Shown: in pieces, positions 9,941-21,815 of the stretch
How the letters are laid out: each line of letters opens with the position of its first letter
Numbering within the stretch: position 1 is the stretch's first letter
Source: a plasmid
DNA: 64,000 nucleotides
Direction: 5' to 3' (one strand)
Sequence record: NZ_CP119397.1
Program-made: the position numbers and the translations under genes
The notes under the pieces: model-generated
The model's database searches: none
What the model was told of the DNA's origin: nothing
What the model saw: only the letters and a program-made list of their open reading frames with translations

Positions 9941-10938
9941 GCCAGACCACCCAGACCAAACCCCGCCTGACCACCTCCGCGATGATTGCCTCGATTGCTG
10001 AAGAGGGGCAGGCCACGCGCGCGGCACCGTTCGGCCATGCGCTGGTGCAACTGGCGAAGCAGCACCCGGAGATTGTCGGCATGACGGCCGACCTGTCGAA
10101 ATATACTGACCTGCACATTTTCGCCCAGGCTTACCCGGAACGTTTTTTCCAGATGGGCATGGCGGAACAGTTGCTGATGGGGGCCGCGGGCGGCATGGCG
10201 AAAGAGGGGTTTATCCCGTTTGTCACCACTTATGCGGTGTTTGCCACCCGCCGCGCTTATGACTTTATCCACCAGGTGATCGCGGAAGAGCACCTGAATG
10301 TCAAAATCTGCGCGGCACTGCCGGGGCTGACCACCGGTTACGGCCCGAGCCACCAGGCGACGGAGGATCTGGCGATAATGCGCGGCATCCCGGGCATGAC
10401 AATCATCGACCCGTGCGATGCCCTGGAGATTGAGCAGGCCGTCCCGGCGATGGCCGCCCATGCCGGGCCGGTCTATATGCGTTTGCTGCGCGGCAAAGTG
10501 CCGGTAGTGCTGGACAAATACGACTACCGGTTTGAAATCGGCAAAGCGCGGCTGTTGGAAGAGGGAAATGATGTGCTGATCATCTCCTCCGGCATCATGA
10601 CCATGCGTGCGCTGGAGGCAGCGGAGAAACTGCGCAAAGACAACGTCAGCGTGGCGGTGCTGCACGTGCCGACCATCAAGCCGCTCGATGAGAAAACCCT
10701 CCTTGAACAGGCCGCCAGACCGGGGCGGCTGGTGTTGACGGCCGAAAACCACACCCAGCCAGGCGGGCTGGGCGAGGCGGTGGCTGCCCTGCTGATGCGC
10801 AATAAAGTCTGGGCGGATTTCGATGCCATCGGCCTGCCCGACGCGTTCCTCGATGCCGGCGCCCTGCCGACCCTGCACGACCGATACGGCATCTCCACTG
10901 CCCGCATGGTGGAGAAAATCAAACAGCGGCTGGGGTAA
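9937..10938 (+). CDS. Transketolase, C-terminal subunit (pyrimidine-binding plus C-terminal domain).
   Basis: Start ATG at 9937 overlapping the upstream stop. The protein runs MSQTTQTKPRL...GLPDAFLDAGALPTLHDRYGIS. Confidence 0.9.
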   Translation: MSQTTQTKPRLTTSAMIASIAEEGQATRAAPFGHALVQLAKQHPEIVGMTADLSKYTDLHIFAQAYPERFFQMGMAEQLLMGAAGGMAKEGFIPFVTTYAVFATRRAYDFIHQVIAEEHLNVKICAALPGLTTGYGPSHQATEDLAIMRGIPGMTIIDPCDALEIEQAVPAMAAHAGPVYMRLLRGKVPVVLDKYDYRFEIGKARLLEEGNDVLIISSGIMTMRALEAAEKLRKDNVSVAVLHVPTIKPLDEKTLLEQAARPGRLVLTAENHTQPGGLGEAVAALLMRNKVWADFDAIGLPDAFLDAGALPTLHDRYGISTARMVEKIKQRLG

Positions 10939-11062
10939 TCTCCCCGATTCTTTTTCCCCCGCGGCGGCGGGGGTTGTCATTCTCTTCGCCTCCCTCGCAA
11001 TGGCACCTCTGCTATAACACACAAACATTTTAAGGTTTTTCATGGCCGGACTGTTTCCTAAC

Positions 11063-11344
11063 GTGATAAAAAGTTAGAAACATAAGGGCTTACAAAAACT
11101 TTTTGAAAAAGGCGATACAAGCGGAGTCCAGGCAAAAGATGTGGATCGCATTAAACTCCGTTTGCTGGTACTTGATGAGGCGGCAACCATTGATGAATTT
11201 AAGCATTATCCCGGCTTTAAATTTCATTCGTTGAAGGGGGACAGACAAAACCTTTTTGCGATTACCGTCCGCGCCAATTGGCGGATCACCTTCGAATTTA
11301 AAGAGGGTGATGCCTATATACTTAATCTTGGGGACTACCACTGA
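11063..11344 (+). pseudogene. higB: higB-type (RelE/ParE superfamily, HigB of plasmid-Rts1 type) toxin gene with an in-frame TAG at codon 5 (11075-11077).
   Basis: The frame reads (V)IKS*KHKGLQKLFEKGDTSGVQAKDVDRIKLRLLVLDEAATIDEFKHYPGFKFHSLKGDRQNLFAITVRANWRITFEFKEGDAYILNLGDYH, matching HigB (MIKSFKHKGL...ITVRANWRITF..GDAYIL..DYH) except for the stop. The ORF track retains only the GTG-initiated 67-aa tail (11141..11344). Confidence 0.6.
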
Positions 11345-11644
11345 TGACCATGATTACCCCCCCATCCGGGCGGCTTGATCGCGGAATACCTGGAAGACTA
11401 TGGCGTCAGCCTCCGGGCCCTGGCGCGTGACCTGGATGTCTCTCCCTCGGCCTTGAGCAAGGTCGCGACAGGTAAAACGGCGATCAGTCCCGATATGGCC
11501 CTCCGCCTTGAGGCAGGGTTAGGCATTGCCGCTCGCCTGTGGCTGGCAATGCAGGCCGCCTATGACCTCAGCCGCGCCCGCGCCGTGCTCGACCTGTCGC
11601 GGGTTGTGCCCTCGCCCCACACGCACAATGCACTGACGCATTAA
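11344..11644 (+). pseudogene. higA: higA-type HTH (XRE) antitoxin. Its ATG overlaps the higB stop (TGATG), but the frame is shifted in a C7 run (11357-11363). The intact frame resumes as ...LPPHPGGLIAEYLEDYGVSLRALARDL....
   Basis: ATG at 11344 gives MTMITPP then leaves frame. The HigA-like frame (ORF 11375..11644, TTG-initiated) joins the ATG only with a +/-1 change in the C-run. The HTH is VSPSALSKVATGKTAISPDMALRL. Confidence 0.5.
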
Positions 11645-11846
11645 GCAAGAAGCCCGCGGTTATGCGGGCTTATTAACGGATATCCTTAATGATTTCCTCC
11701 CGTCATCTCTGACATTTCATACCCTTCAGCATCTTCCCGCAGATAAAAGTGATAACGGACACGTTTGCACAGCCAGGATATAGGCAAGAGGCCTCTGTAA
11801 AATTATGCTTGGCACGCTGAGCAGGCGTAAGAATCAGGAGGGAAAC

Positions 11847-12077
11847 ATGAAAACCGACGCTATGTTTAAAAAGGGCAGTAACCGGGCGGTATGCCCTTCC
11901 CGGCATGTGAACAAGGAAGGTGGCGACGAAACTGAAATCATCCAGGGTGATGATTCCACTCTGTTGCCGCAGGCTAAACCCAGCTGGGGATCGTTTGCCA
12001 AAGAACGGCGCGCTGACGCAGACTTTATGACGACACGCGAGGATGTTATCAGCAACGCGGCGCGTGTTAATCGGTAA
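11847..12077 (+). CDS. Small hypothetical protein, 76 aa (MKTDAMFKKGSNRAVCPSRHVNKEGGDETEIIQGDD...).
   Basis: Good Shine-Dalgarno sequence (AGGAGGGAAAC) 6 nt before the ATG. No recognisable family. It lies in a lower-GC gap. Confidence 0.3.
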   Translation: MKTDAMFKKGSNRAVCPSRHVNKEGGDETEIIQGDDSTLLPQAKPSWGSFAKERRADADFMTTREDVISNAARVNR

Positions 12078-12236
12078 GCTCAGGGATACCCCCTCGCTGT
12101 TTTTATCATCGGTAGACACTTGTTCCCTGCCCCACCCATTCCCCATCACAGAACAACCCATTCATTATTATTCACTACAAAAGAACAATAATCAGTTTTA
12201 CAGTAGGCTCACACTCTTAAAACAGCGAGCCGAATC

Positions 12237-13625
12237 ATGCAAATGTCCTCCGATACCCACGCATTTTCTGTTAACCCCGCCAACGGTGAAAAGATTGCCG
12301 CCTATCCGTTTGTGACGGCTGACCAGATCGATCAGGCCGTTGAGAATAACTACCGCGCTTACCAGCAATGGCGCGCCCTGCCGCTGGCGGCGCGGGCGCA
12401 AAAGCTGCGCGATCTGGCCGTCTCACTGCGTGCCCATGCGGAACCGCTGGCGCTGATGATAACGCTGGAGATGGGCAAGCCGGTGAACCAGGCGCGCGCC
12501 GAGGTGGAGAAGTCCGCCGCACTGTGTGACTGGTATGCCGAGCATGGCCCGGCGATGCTGGCAACGGAACCGACCCTGGTGGAAAACCAGAACGCGGTGA
12601 TTGAATACCGCCCGCTTGGCCCGCTGCTGGCGGTGATGCCGTGGAACTTCCCGCTCTGGCAGGTGCTGCGCGGCGCGGTGCCGAGCCTGCTGGCAGGCAA
12701 CAGCTATGTACTGAAACATGCGCCGAATGTGCTCGGCAGCGCGCAACTGATTGAGAACATTTTCCTGCATGCCGGGTTCCCGGCCCATCTGTTTACCCAA
12801 CTGAACGCCACCAATGAAGGCGTGAGCCAAATCATCAACCATCCGCGCATTGCAGCGGTGATGGTGACCGGCAGCGGCCGGGCCGGCAGCGCCATTGCCG
12901 CCCAGGCGGGTGCCGCGCTGAAAAAATGCGTGCTGGAGCTTGGCGGTTCCGATCCGTTTATCGTCCTGAACGATGCCGATCTGGATGAGGCCGTGAAAGC
13001 CGCCGTCGCCGGGCGTTACCAGAACAGCGGTCAGGTGTGTGCGGCGGCCAAGCGCTTTATCGTGGAAGCCGGGATCGCCGCGCGCTTTACGGAGAAATTT
13101 GTTGCGGCAGTACGTGCCATCAAAATGGGCGACCCGCGCGAGGCTGAGCACTATGTCGGGCCGATGGCGCGTTATGACCTGCGTGACGAGCTGCATCAAC
13201 AGGTTCAGGACTCCCTGGCACAGGGCGCGACGTTGCTGCTCGGCGGTGACAAGCTGGCCGGCGCAGGCAACTACTACCTGCCGACGGTGCTGGGCAACGT
13301 GACCCCGGAGATGACCGCATTCCGTCAGGAGCTGTTCGGCCCGGTGGCCGCCATCAGCGTGGCGCAGGATGCCGACCACGCGCTGGCGCTGGCGAATGAC
13401 AGCGAGTTCGGCCTGATGGCGACGATTTACACCGCCGATGCGCAGCGCGCAGAACAGATGGCAGCCGCGCTGGAGTGCGGCGGCGTGTTCATCAACGGCT
13501 ACAGCGCCAGTGACCCGCGCGTGGCGTTCGGCGGCGTGAAGAAAAGCGGCTTTGGCCGGGAGCTTTCCCATTTTGGCCTGCATGAGTTCTGCAACATCCA
13601 GACCGTATGGAAAAACCGCCGTTGA
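12237..13625 (+). CDS. sad: NAD(P)-dependent succinate-semialdehyde dehydrogenase (Sad/YneI-type aldehyde dehydrogenase).
   Basis: 462 aa, the same length as E. coli YneI and near-collinear with it (LCDWYAEHGPAML, AVMPWNFPLWQV, KKCVLELGGSDPFIVL, GQVCAAAKRF, HEFCNIQTVWK). Confidence 0.9.
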   Translation: MQMSSDTHAFSVNPANGEKIAAYPFVTADQIDQAVENNYRAYQQWRALPLAARAQKLRDLAVSLRAHAEPLALMITLEMGKPVNQARAEVEKSAALCDWYAEHGPAMLATEPTLVENQNAVIEYRPLGPLLAVMPWNFPLWQVLRGAVPSLLAGNSYVLKHAPNVLGSAQLIENIFLHAGFPAHLFTQLNATNEGVSQIINHPRIAAVMVTGSGRAGSAIAAQAGAALKKCVLELGGSDPFIVLNDADLDEAVKAAVAGRYQNSGQVCAAAKRFIVEAGIAARFTEKFVAAVRAIKMGDPREAEHYVGPMARYDLRDELHQQVQDSLAQGATLLLGGDKLAGAGNYYLPTVLGNVTPEMTAFRQELFGPVAAISVAQDADHALALANDSEFGLMATIYTADAQRAEQMAAALECGGVFINGYSASDPRVAFGGVKKSGFGRELSHFGLHEFCNIQTVWKNRR

Positions 13626-13684
13626 CCGGTTGCCGGGGGTGCCGCGCCCCCGGATCGCATAAATGAATAATCCTCATAACAGCA

Positions 13685-13709
13685 TTATCGCTAGGCTGCT
13701 AAGCGATAA
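13685..13709. promoter_or_regulatory. Perfect inverted repeat TTATCGCT-N9-AGCGATAA ~50 bp upstream of pptA. Candidate operator.
   Basis: 8-bp perfect arms in the sad-pptA intergenic region. Confidence 0.3.
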
Positions 13710-13758
13710 GCCTGCGATTGCCTATACTTGGCAAAGTCTGTGTTAAAGGAGAGAGAAA

Positions 13759-13986
13759 ATGCCCCATGTGCTTGTAAAACTGGTACCCGGTAAAACCGAG
13801 GAGCAAAAACGCGCGTTGACCGACGCCATCTCCCAGAGCGTACAACAACATCTCGGCTCCACCGAGGATGAAGTCTCCGTGGCGTTTGAAGAGGTGCCGA
13901 TGGATCAATGGGCTGAGACGGTCTATCGCCCTGAAATCGTCGGCGCGGCGGATAAACTCTATAAAAAGCCCGGTTATACGCTGTGA
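13759..13986 (+). CDS. pptA: Tautomerase PptA (4-oxalocrotonate tautomerase family).
   Basis: 75 aa beginning with the catalytic N-terminal Pro (MPHVLVKL...). It resembles E. coli PptA/YdcE. Confidence 0.85.
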   Translation: MPHVLVKLVPGKTEEQKRALTDAISQSVQQHLGSTEDEVSVAFEEVPMDQWAETVYRPEIVGAADKLYKKPGYTL

Positions 13987-14097
13987 TCGTGGCCTGCCTG
14001 ACCGGGCAGGCACGCACAAACCTGATTCTTACATTACGCTGTATACGGGCGCCGCGAGGGTGTCCGTTTTCTTTTTTACATCAAGAGGTGGTAAACA

Positions 14098-15144
14098 ATG
14101 AAAACCCAGGGCTATGCAGCACTGAAAGCGGGCGCACCGCTGGTTCCTTTCTCCTTCGAGCGTCGTGCACTGCGTGACAACGATGTCGCCATGGAAATCC
14201 TGTTCTGTGGCGTCTGCCACTCTGACCTGCACCAGGCCCGCAATGACTGGGGTATGGGCAGCTACCCGATGGTACCGGGCCATGAGATCGTCGGCCGCGT
14301 GACTGACATCGGCGCGGGCGTCACCCGCTACAAAGCCGGTGACCTGGTGGCCGTAGGCTGTATGGTCGATTCCTGCCAGACCTGTGACCAGTGCCGTCAG
14401 GGCGAAGAGCAGTTCTGCCGCGAAGGCATGACCCCGACCTACGCCGGTCAGGATCGCATCACCCAGGAAACCACCCAGGGCGGCTACTCCAAGCACCTGG
14501 TGGTGCGTGAAGAGTTCGTGCTCTCCGTGCCGGAGACGCTGGAACTCTCTAAAGTTGCCCCGCTGCTGTGCGCCGGGATCACCACTTACTCCCCGCTGCG
14601 CACCTGGGGCGTTGGCCCCGGCAGCCGCGTCGCCGTGGTTGGCCTGGGCGGCCTCGGCCATATGGCCGTCAAACTGGCAGCCGGTATGGGCGCGACCGTG
14701 ACCGTTGTTGGCCGCAGCGCGGCGAAAGCCGACGATGCCCGCGCGCTGGGTGCTGACCACTACCTGATCTCTACCGATGAGCAGGCGATGCAGGAAGCGT
14801 ACAACAGCTTTGACGTGATCATCGACAGCATCCCGGTGCGCCACGACGTGTCGGTATACATGCCGCTGCTGGATGTGGACGGGACGCTGGTGATGGTTGG
14901 CCAGATTGGCCCAATCGACGAGCAGAACACCATGCCGATGGTGTTTGGCCGCCGTCGCCTGGCCGGCTCCCTGATTGGCGGCATCAAAGAAACCCAGGAA
15001 ATGCTGGATTTCTGTGGCCGTAAAAACATCCTGCCGGAGTGTGAAATCATCAACATCGATCAGATCAACGAAGCCTTCGAGCGCATGGAGCGTTCTGACG
15101 TGCGTTACCGTTTCGTGATCGACATGGCGTCCCTCTCTGCCTGA
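14098..15144 (+). CDS. Zn-dependent NADP-linked alcohol/aldehyde reductase, YahK / cinnamyl-alcohol-dehydrogenase-like.
   Basis: GVCHSDLH and GHEIVG zinc motifs, GLGGLGHMAVK Rossmann motif, C-terminal DVRYRFVID as in YahK. Confidence 0.9.
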   Translation: MKTQGYAALKAGAPLVPFSFERRALRDNDVAMEILFCGVCHSDLHQARNDWGMGSYPMVPGHEIVGRVTDIGAGVTRYKAGDLVAVGCMVDSCQTCDQCRQGEEQFCREGMTPTYAGQDRITQETTQGGYSKHLVVREEFVLSVPETLELSKVAPLLCAGITTYSPLRTWGVGPGSRVAVVGLGGLGHMAVKLAAGMGATVTVVGRSAAKADDARALGADHYLISTDEQAMQEAYNSFDVIIDSIPVRHDVSVYMPLLDVDGTLVMVGQIGPIDEQNTMPMVFGRRRLAGSLIGGIKETQEMLDFCGRKNILPECEIINIDQINEAFERMERSDVRYRFVIDMASLSA

Positions 15145-15219
15145 TGCGTCACCCTGCCTGATGTCCCACGCTGCGCCCAGGGGCGCAGCGTTCTTTCGCT
15201 TCGTTTTCCCGCTCTCGCT

Positions 15220-15534
15220 CTATTTCATCCATCCGACCAATTGGCCCTCCTTCATCAACGCGACTTTGCCGGAACGGTAAATAATCACCTGGTTCAGCCC
15301 GCCAAAGTAAACCGTAGCCTGCGGCGTCTTCTCATCGATCGCCATCACCACCCCATCCAGCGTTACCCAATTGCCGCCATCTTTTACCACCACTACCCGG
15401 CCAAACCCTTTATAGGTTTTAACCGCCTTTGCGGCGTGGTGTGTGGCCTGCGGATCTTCTTTTGCCATTGCCACATGCTGTTGCGCGCATCCCACCAGCA
15501 GAACGGCAGCCATCATCATTTTACGCATGGTCAT
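15220..15534 (-). CDS. Putative lipoprotein, 104 aa. Signal peptide with an LVGC lipobox.
   Basis: MTMRKMMMAAVLLVGCAQQ..., small and Lys/Val-rich. Confidence 0.55.
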   Translation of the reverse strand: MTMRKMMMAAVLLVGCAQQHVAMAKEDPQATHHAAKAVKTYKGFGRVVVVKDGGNWVTLDGVVMAIDEKTPQATVYFGGLNQVIIYRSGKVALMKEGQLVGWMK

Positions 15535-15559
15535 TTTCTCGTTGTTATTTACAGGTTAT

Positions 15560-15697
15560 TCAGCGGCGACCACGTAATAGCGCGAGGATGCCGAACATCA
15601 CGATCATGATCACGACCCCTGACAGATGGGCGAAGACAAAGGCAAAGAGGCGGCCAAGTGTCCAGCCAAAACCGCGCAGAAAATAAGCGATAAACAT
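15560..15697 (-). CDS. Putative 45-aa hydrophobic membrane micro-protein (MFIAYFLRGFGWTLGRLFAFVFAHLSGVVIMIVMFGILALLRGRR). Not in the ORF track because it is under 60 aa.
   Basis: ATG-initiated and sits tightly between two same-strand genes. Low support. Confidence 0.3.
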   Translation of the reverse strand: MFIAYFLRGFGWTLGRLFAFVFAHLSGVVIMIVMFGILALLRGRR

Positions 15698-15714
15698 GTC
15701 AAAAATCCCGGCAA

Positions 15715-16323
15715 TTAATGATGTCCGTGACCATCAGCATTCATGCCCCCGCCCATCGCACCGGCGTGCGCATTGGCCGCGCCATTGTTCCGGGTGCTGG
15801 ATGCCGTTTCATGGCCCGGTTGGTGATGCTGCCCGCCGTTATGGGCGGTGTTAACGGGCATGGTAATTGCCGGGATATGCGGCACAGCGACTTGCGTCCC
15901 CGGCGGCAGCGCGGCGGCCGTCGTCTGCACCTGAACCCCATTTACAGCGGCACTCACGGGGGTGGTCCCCGGCAGGCTGCCAGCCGCCACATTGATAACC
16001 CCCATGACGCGCTGTTGCTGCATAGCGGCGGCAAGTTTCATGCTGGTCGCGTTGATGACGGCACCCTTACCCACGGCGTTCATTGCCCGTGCGGTTAACT
16101 GCGCAGCAGCGCGCTCATCGGCATAAGCCTGTGCACGCGCTGCCGCAGCGGCATTCAGGCGTTGTTCTGCCTCGCTGCCGTTCACGCCACTGCCAAGCTG
16201 GAAAGCTGCGTGATTATAGGCCGCCTGCGCGGCCGTCACGTTTATCTCAGCATGGCGGGAGTCCAGCGCAGCGCAGGCAGTATTCGTTACAAGCATAGCA
16301 ATGGCGATAAAGGTATTTTTCAT
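15715..16323 (-). CDS. Secreted low-complexity Ala/Gln-rich protein with a His-rich C-terminus. Start at the internal ATG (MKNTFIAIAMLVTNTACA signal peptide).
   Basis: Signal peptide, then an Ala-rich region, then HNGGQHHQPGHE...AHAGAMGGGMNADGHGHH. I recognise no family. Confidence 0.5.
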   Translation of the reverse strand: MKNTFIAIAMLVTNTACAALDSRHAEINVTAAQAAYNHAAFQLGSGVNGSEAEQRLNAAAAARAQAYADERAAAQLTARAMNAVGKGAVINATSMKLAAAMQQQRVMGVINVAAGSLPGTTPVSAAVNGVQVQTTAAALPPGTQVAVPHIPAITMPVNTAHNGGQHHQPGHETASSTRNNGAANAHAGAMGGGMNADGHGHH

Positions 16324-16568
16324 ACGCACTCTTAAATGAAAGATTTCAGCTTCGTTTCCGGCGCGCATCATGCCTTTGTTACCCGGCTTACAAATTGATC
16401 CCGATCATCACTGCCGCGGCTTATATTGAAATTTGTATGAATAAAAAACAGGAATTCATGGCACATATGAAATGGCGGCGGATCATGCCGGGCCGGGGCT
16501 GTCACCTTATTGAAACCGGCTTTTTCTCCAGGGTTGCTACACTTAACCCTTTAACCAAGGAGCCGCGA

Positions 16569-16895
16569 ATGAAATCTGTACGTCTGATTGAAACCCTGCT
16601 GATCGGGGAAGATGAACACCCGACCCATAAATATGAGATTTACGGGTCCGACAGCCAGACCCCGGAATACGCGCTGTTGTTTGAGCGGCAGGCTACCGGC
16701 AGCGGCGGCTGGGTGGAGAGTGAAGAGCGCATCAGCCTGGCGGTTGAACAGGAAAAACAGGAAGCGAGTTCCGTGATGGATTATGGCTACAGTGACAGCG
16801 CCGCCGCGCTGCGCGATCTGGTCAGTGACGCCATCACCCGCTGTGAGGAGCACTGGCAGGAGAGCCAGCACCCGGGGGAGAATGAGCGGCACTAG
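16569..16895 (+). CDS. Hypothetical acidic protein, 108 aa (MKSVRLIETLLIGEDEHPTHKYEIYGSDSQ...).
   Basis: AAGGAG Shine-Dalgarno sequence 7 nt upstream of the ATG at 16569. The 166-aa track ORF begins further upstream without an SD. Confidence 0.4.
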   Translation: MKSVRLIETLLIGEDEHPTHKYEIYGSDSQTPEYALLFERQATGSGGWVESEERISLAVEQEKQEASSVMDYGYSDSAAALRDLVSDAITRCEEHWQESQHPGENERH

Positions 16896-16909
16896 GCCGC
16901 TTTTTCCTT

Positions 16910-17680
16910 TTACCCTTGATACTCCCCGCGCCGCTGCGGGGAAAACGAGTCCGGGGAGTGGGTTAACAATGTCTCCGGGCGGATGCGGTGCAGGTGGTAA
17001 TCCACCTGATAATCGCGGGTATTACGGAACATCACGGAATAATTAAGAAACACGCCGCTGTCGCTATAAGAAAGTGACGTGATCCGCAGCAGCGGTGTGT
17101 GCTCAGGCACATTGAGAAAGCCGGCGAGCTGTTTATCCGCCAGGATCGGCGTCAGGCTTTCATAGTTGCCGCTGATCGTAATGCCGCACTCCTTCTCAAT
17201 ATAATCGAATTTTGACCCCTCCAGATGCACCAGCGACAGGTTCCGGAACAGCTTCACCGGCATGTAACTGTCCTCCAGCATCAGCGGTTTTCCCTCCACT
17301 GAACGTACACGGCGCGAAAAGTAGATCCGCTCGTGAACCTGGATGCGCAGCTGGCTGGCGATGGCGGGCGGCGCGGGCATCAGTTCAAACGCCAGCACCT
17401 TGCTGGACACGTTTTTCCCTTGCTGGCGCATCACCTCCACAAAACCGGTGAGGTTGGTGGTTTCGTGATGGACATCCTTACGCGCCACAAAGGTGCCGCT
17501 GCCGTGACGGCGTACCACTAATCCCCCGCCCACCAGCAAATCAATCGCCTTACGGATGGTCATCCGCGCCACGCCAAACTCCTGCGCCAGGGTTTTCTCG
17601 CCGGGCAGCGGGCTGCCAATATTGTAATCCGACGAATTCAGCCGCAGGCGTAACCGTTCTGCAATGGATTTATAGATCAT
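16910..17680 (-). CDS. GntR/HutC-family transcriptional regulator (HTH plus UTRA effector domain). Probable regulator of the adjacent alpha-glucoside PTS operon.
   Basis: N-terminal GntR HTH (SPLPGEKTLAQEFGVARMTIRKAIDLLVGGGLVVRRHGSGTFV). It is divergent from the PTS genes. Confidence 0.8.
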   Translation of the reverse strand: MIYKSIAERLRLRLNSSDYNIGSPLPGEKTLAQEFGVARMTIRKAIDLLVGGGLVVRRHGSGTFVARKDVHHETTNLTGFVEVMRQQGKNVSSKVLAFELMPAPPAIASQLRIQVHERIYFSRRVRSVEGKPLMLEDSYMPVKLFRNLSLVHLEGSKFDYIEKECGITISGNYESLTPILADKQLAGFLNVPEHTPLLRITSLSYSDSGVFLNYSVMFRNTRDYQVDYHLHRIRPETLLTHSPDSFSPQRRGEYQG

Positions 17681-17901
17681 CTGTAGATCTCTCTGTGCCA
17701 GTTAACAGGGATAGTGCTGTTGAACATGTCCAGTTTATTGCAGAAAAGTAGACCTGAGCGCGGGAAATAAAACCATGAATGCGATCACGGATCACAGCGG
17801 CGCGCCATGTCGCCGGAACCGCGGCTCTCTATTCTTCAGGTCAGTCAGGATTACTACAAAAACCATTCACCCTACATTTGTTGTTTTATGAGGATGTAAA
17901 A

Positions 17902-20849
<2,948 letters not shown>

Positions 20850-20912
20850 TCCTGCGGGCCGGCAGCGTTCTGATACCGGCCCAGCGCTTTTCGTCTTTCG
20901 CTGTTGCCTGCC

Positions 20913-21815
20913 TTACCCCCGCCCTTTGCGCGCCAGCAGGGTGGCGAAACGCATTTTAATCCGCTCGCCCTGGGCGTTGGTTTTATGCAGCGCGCCGGGG
21001 TTCTCGTTATATTTCAGGATCTCCCAGCCTGCGTAGGCGTCCCGCAATTCCCCGGTGCGGAAGGTGAACGGGAACGGCATCACACAGGGGTAGTCTTCGC
21101 TGTCCATCGCCGCCACGATCAGGTTATAGCCGCCCGGCACGGTGGCCTGTTGCATCTGCTGTAACAGCGGCGCGATGCTTTCCGGTTGCAGGAACATCAT
21201 CACTACCGTCGACAAAATAAACGCATAGTGCCCTGTTATCACCGCGCCGTTCAGGTCGTGCTGCGCGGTGGTGATGCCGGATAACCCCTCGACGCTGACA
21301 ATCGTGTTCAGGCTGGCCAGGCTTTCGGCGTGTTTGTCCCACCCTTCTACCGTAAAGCCCTGTTGCTGCAAATAGAGCACATTGCGGCCGTTGCCGCAGC
21401 CCACATCCAGCGCCCGGCCCGGCGGGATGATCCCGGCGGCCTCGATCACCTCGGAATGGGGCAGCGTCAGCTGATATTTTTTATGGTAGTAGGCCGCCGG
21501 TTCGCAGTAGAACGCCAGACGGCAGGCGATGTCCGGGCTGAACGCCACAATGCGGTGCCACTGCTGCGGCGCGATGCGCGGCGGCTGGTGTTCCCGGTCA
21601 AAGGTAAAGCGCTGGGTCACGTCGCCCTGTTCAGTCAGCAGGGCAAACTCCAGCGTGCCGTTGAGGATCGTCAGCTGCGCCCAGGTGCCCGGCTGGGTAT
21701 TGTGCGGCTGCTGGAAAGCCGTGGGCAGCGTATCGTGGTGCCACACCGGCAGGGTTTTGTAGCAGACCAGCGTGTCGTCAGAAATCGGGGTGGTGTCGCA
21801 AATTACATCGTGCAT
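20913..21815 (-). CDS. tehB: Tellurite-resistance SAM-dependent methyltransferase TehB-like. It is the long two-domain form (DUF1971 N-domain plus methyltransferase).
   Basis: SAM-binding motif LDVGCGNGRNVLYL. 300 aa. Its first 13 nt overlap the norW 3' end. Confidence 0.8.
   Translation of the reverse strand: MHDVICDTTPISDDTLVCYKTLPVWHHDTLPTAFQQPHNTQPGTWAQLTILNGTLEFALLTEQGDVTQRFTFDREHQPPRIAPQQWHRIVAFSPDIACRLAFYCEPAAYYHKKYQLTLPHSEVIEAAGIIPPGRALDVGCGNGRNVLYLQQQGFTVEGWDKHAESLASLNTIVSVEGLSGITTAQHDLNGAVITGHYAFILSTVVMMFLQPESIAPLLQQMQQATVPGGYNLIVAAMDSEDYPCVMPFPFTFRTGELRDAYAGWEILKYNENPGALHKTNAQGERIKMRFATLLARKGRG

Noticed and set aside
11703-12161. 152-aa minus-strand ORF in the higA-sad gap.
   Set aside because: No SD, Cys/Gly-rich nonsense-like composition, and it overlaps the better-supported 76-aa + strand ORF. 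It is more likely non-coding.
12423-13583. 386-aa ORF antisense to sad. Similar long antisense ORFs run opposite the transketolase genes (9589..11043), the MCP (47766..49058), the FUSC gene (60914..62314), dat (57658..58671) and ddc (56156..57256).
   Set aside because: These are high-GC 'shadow' ORFs on the strand opposite well-supported genes. They have Arg/Ala/Gly/Pro-rich low-complexity translations, no SD and no family resemblance.
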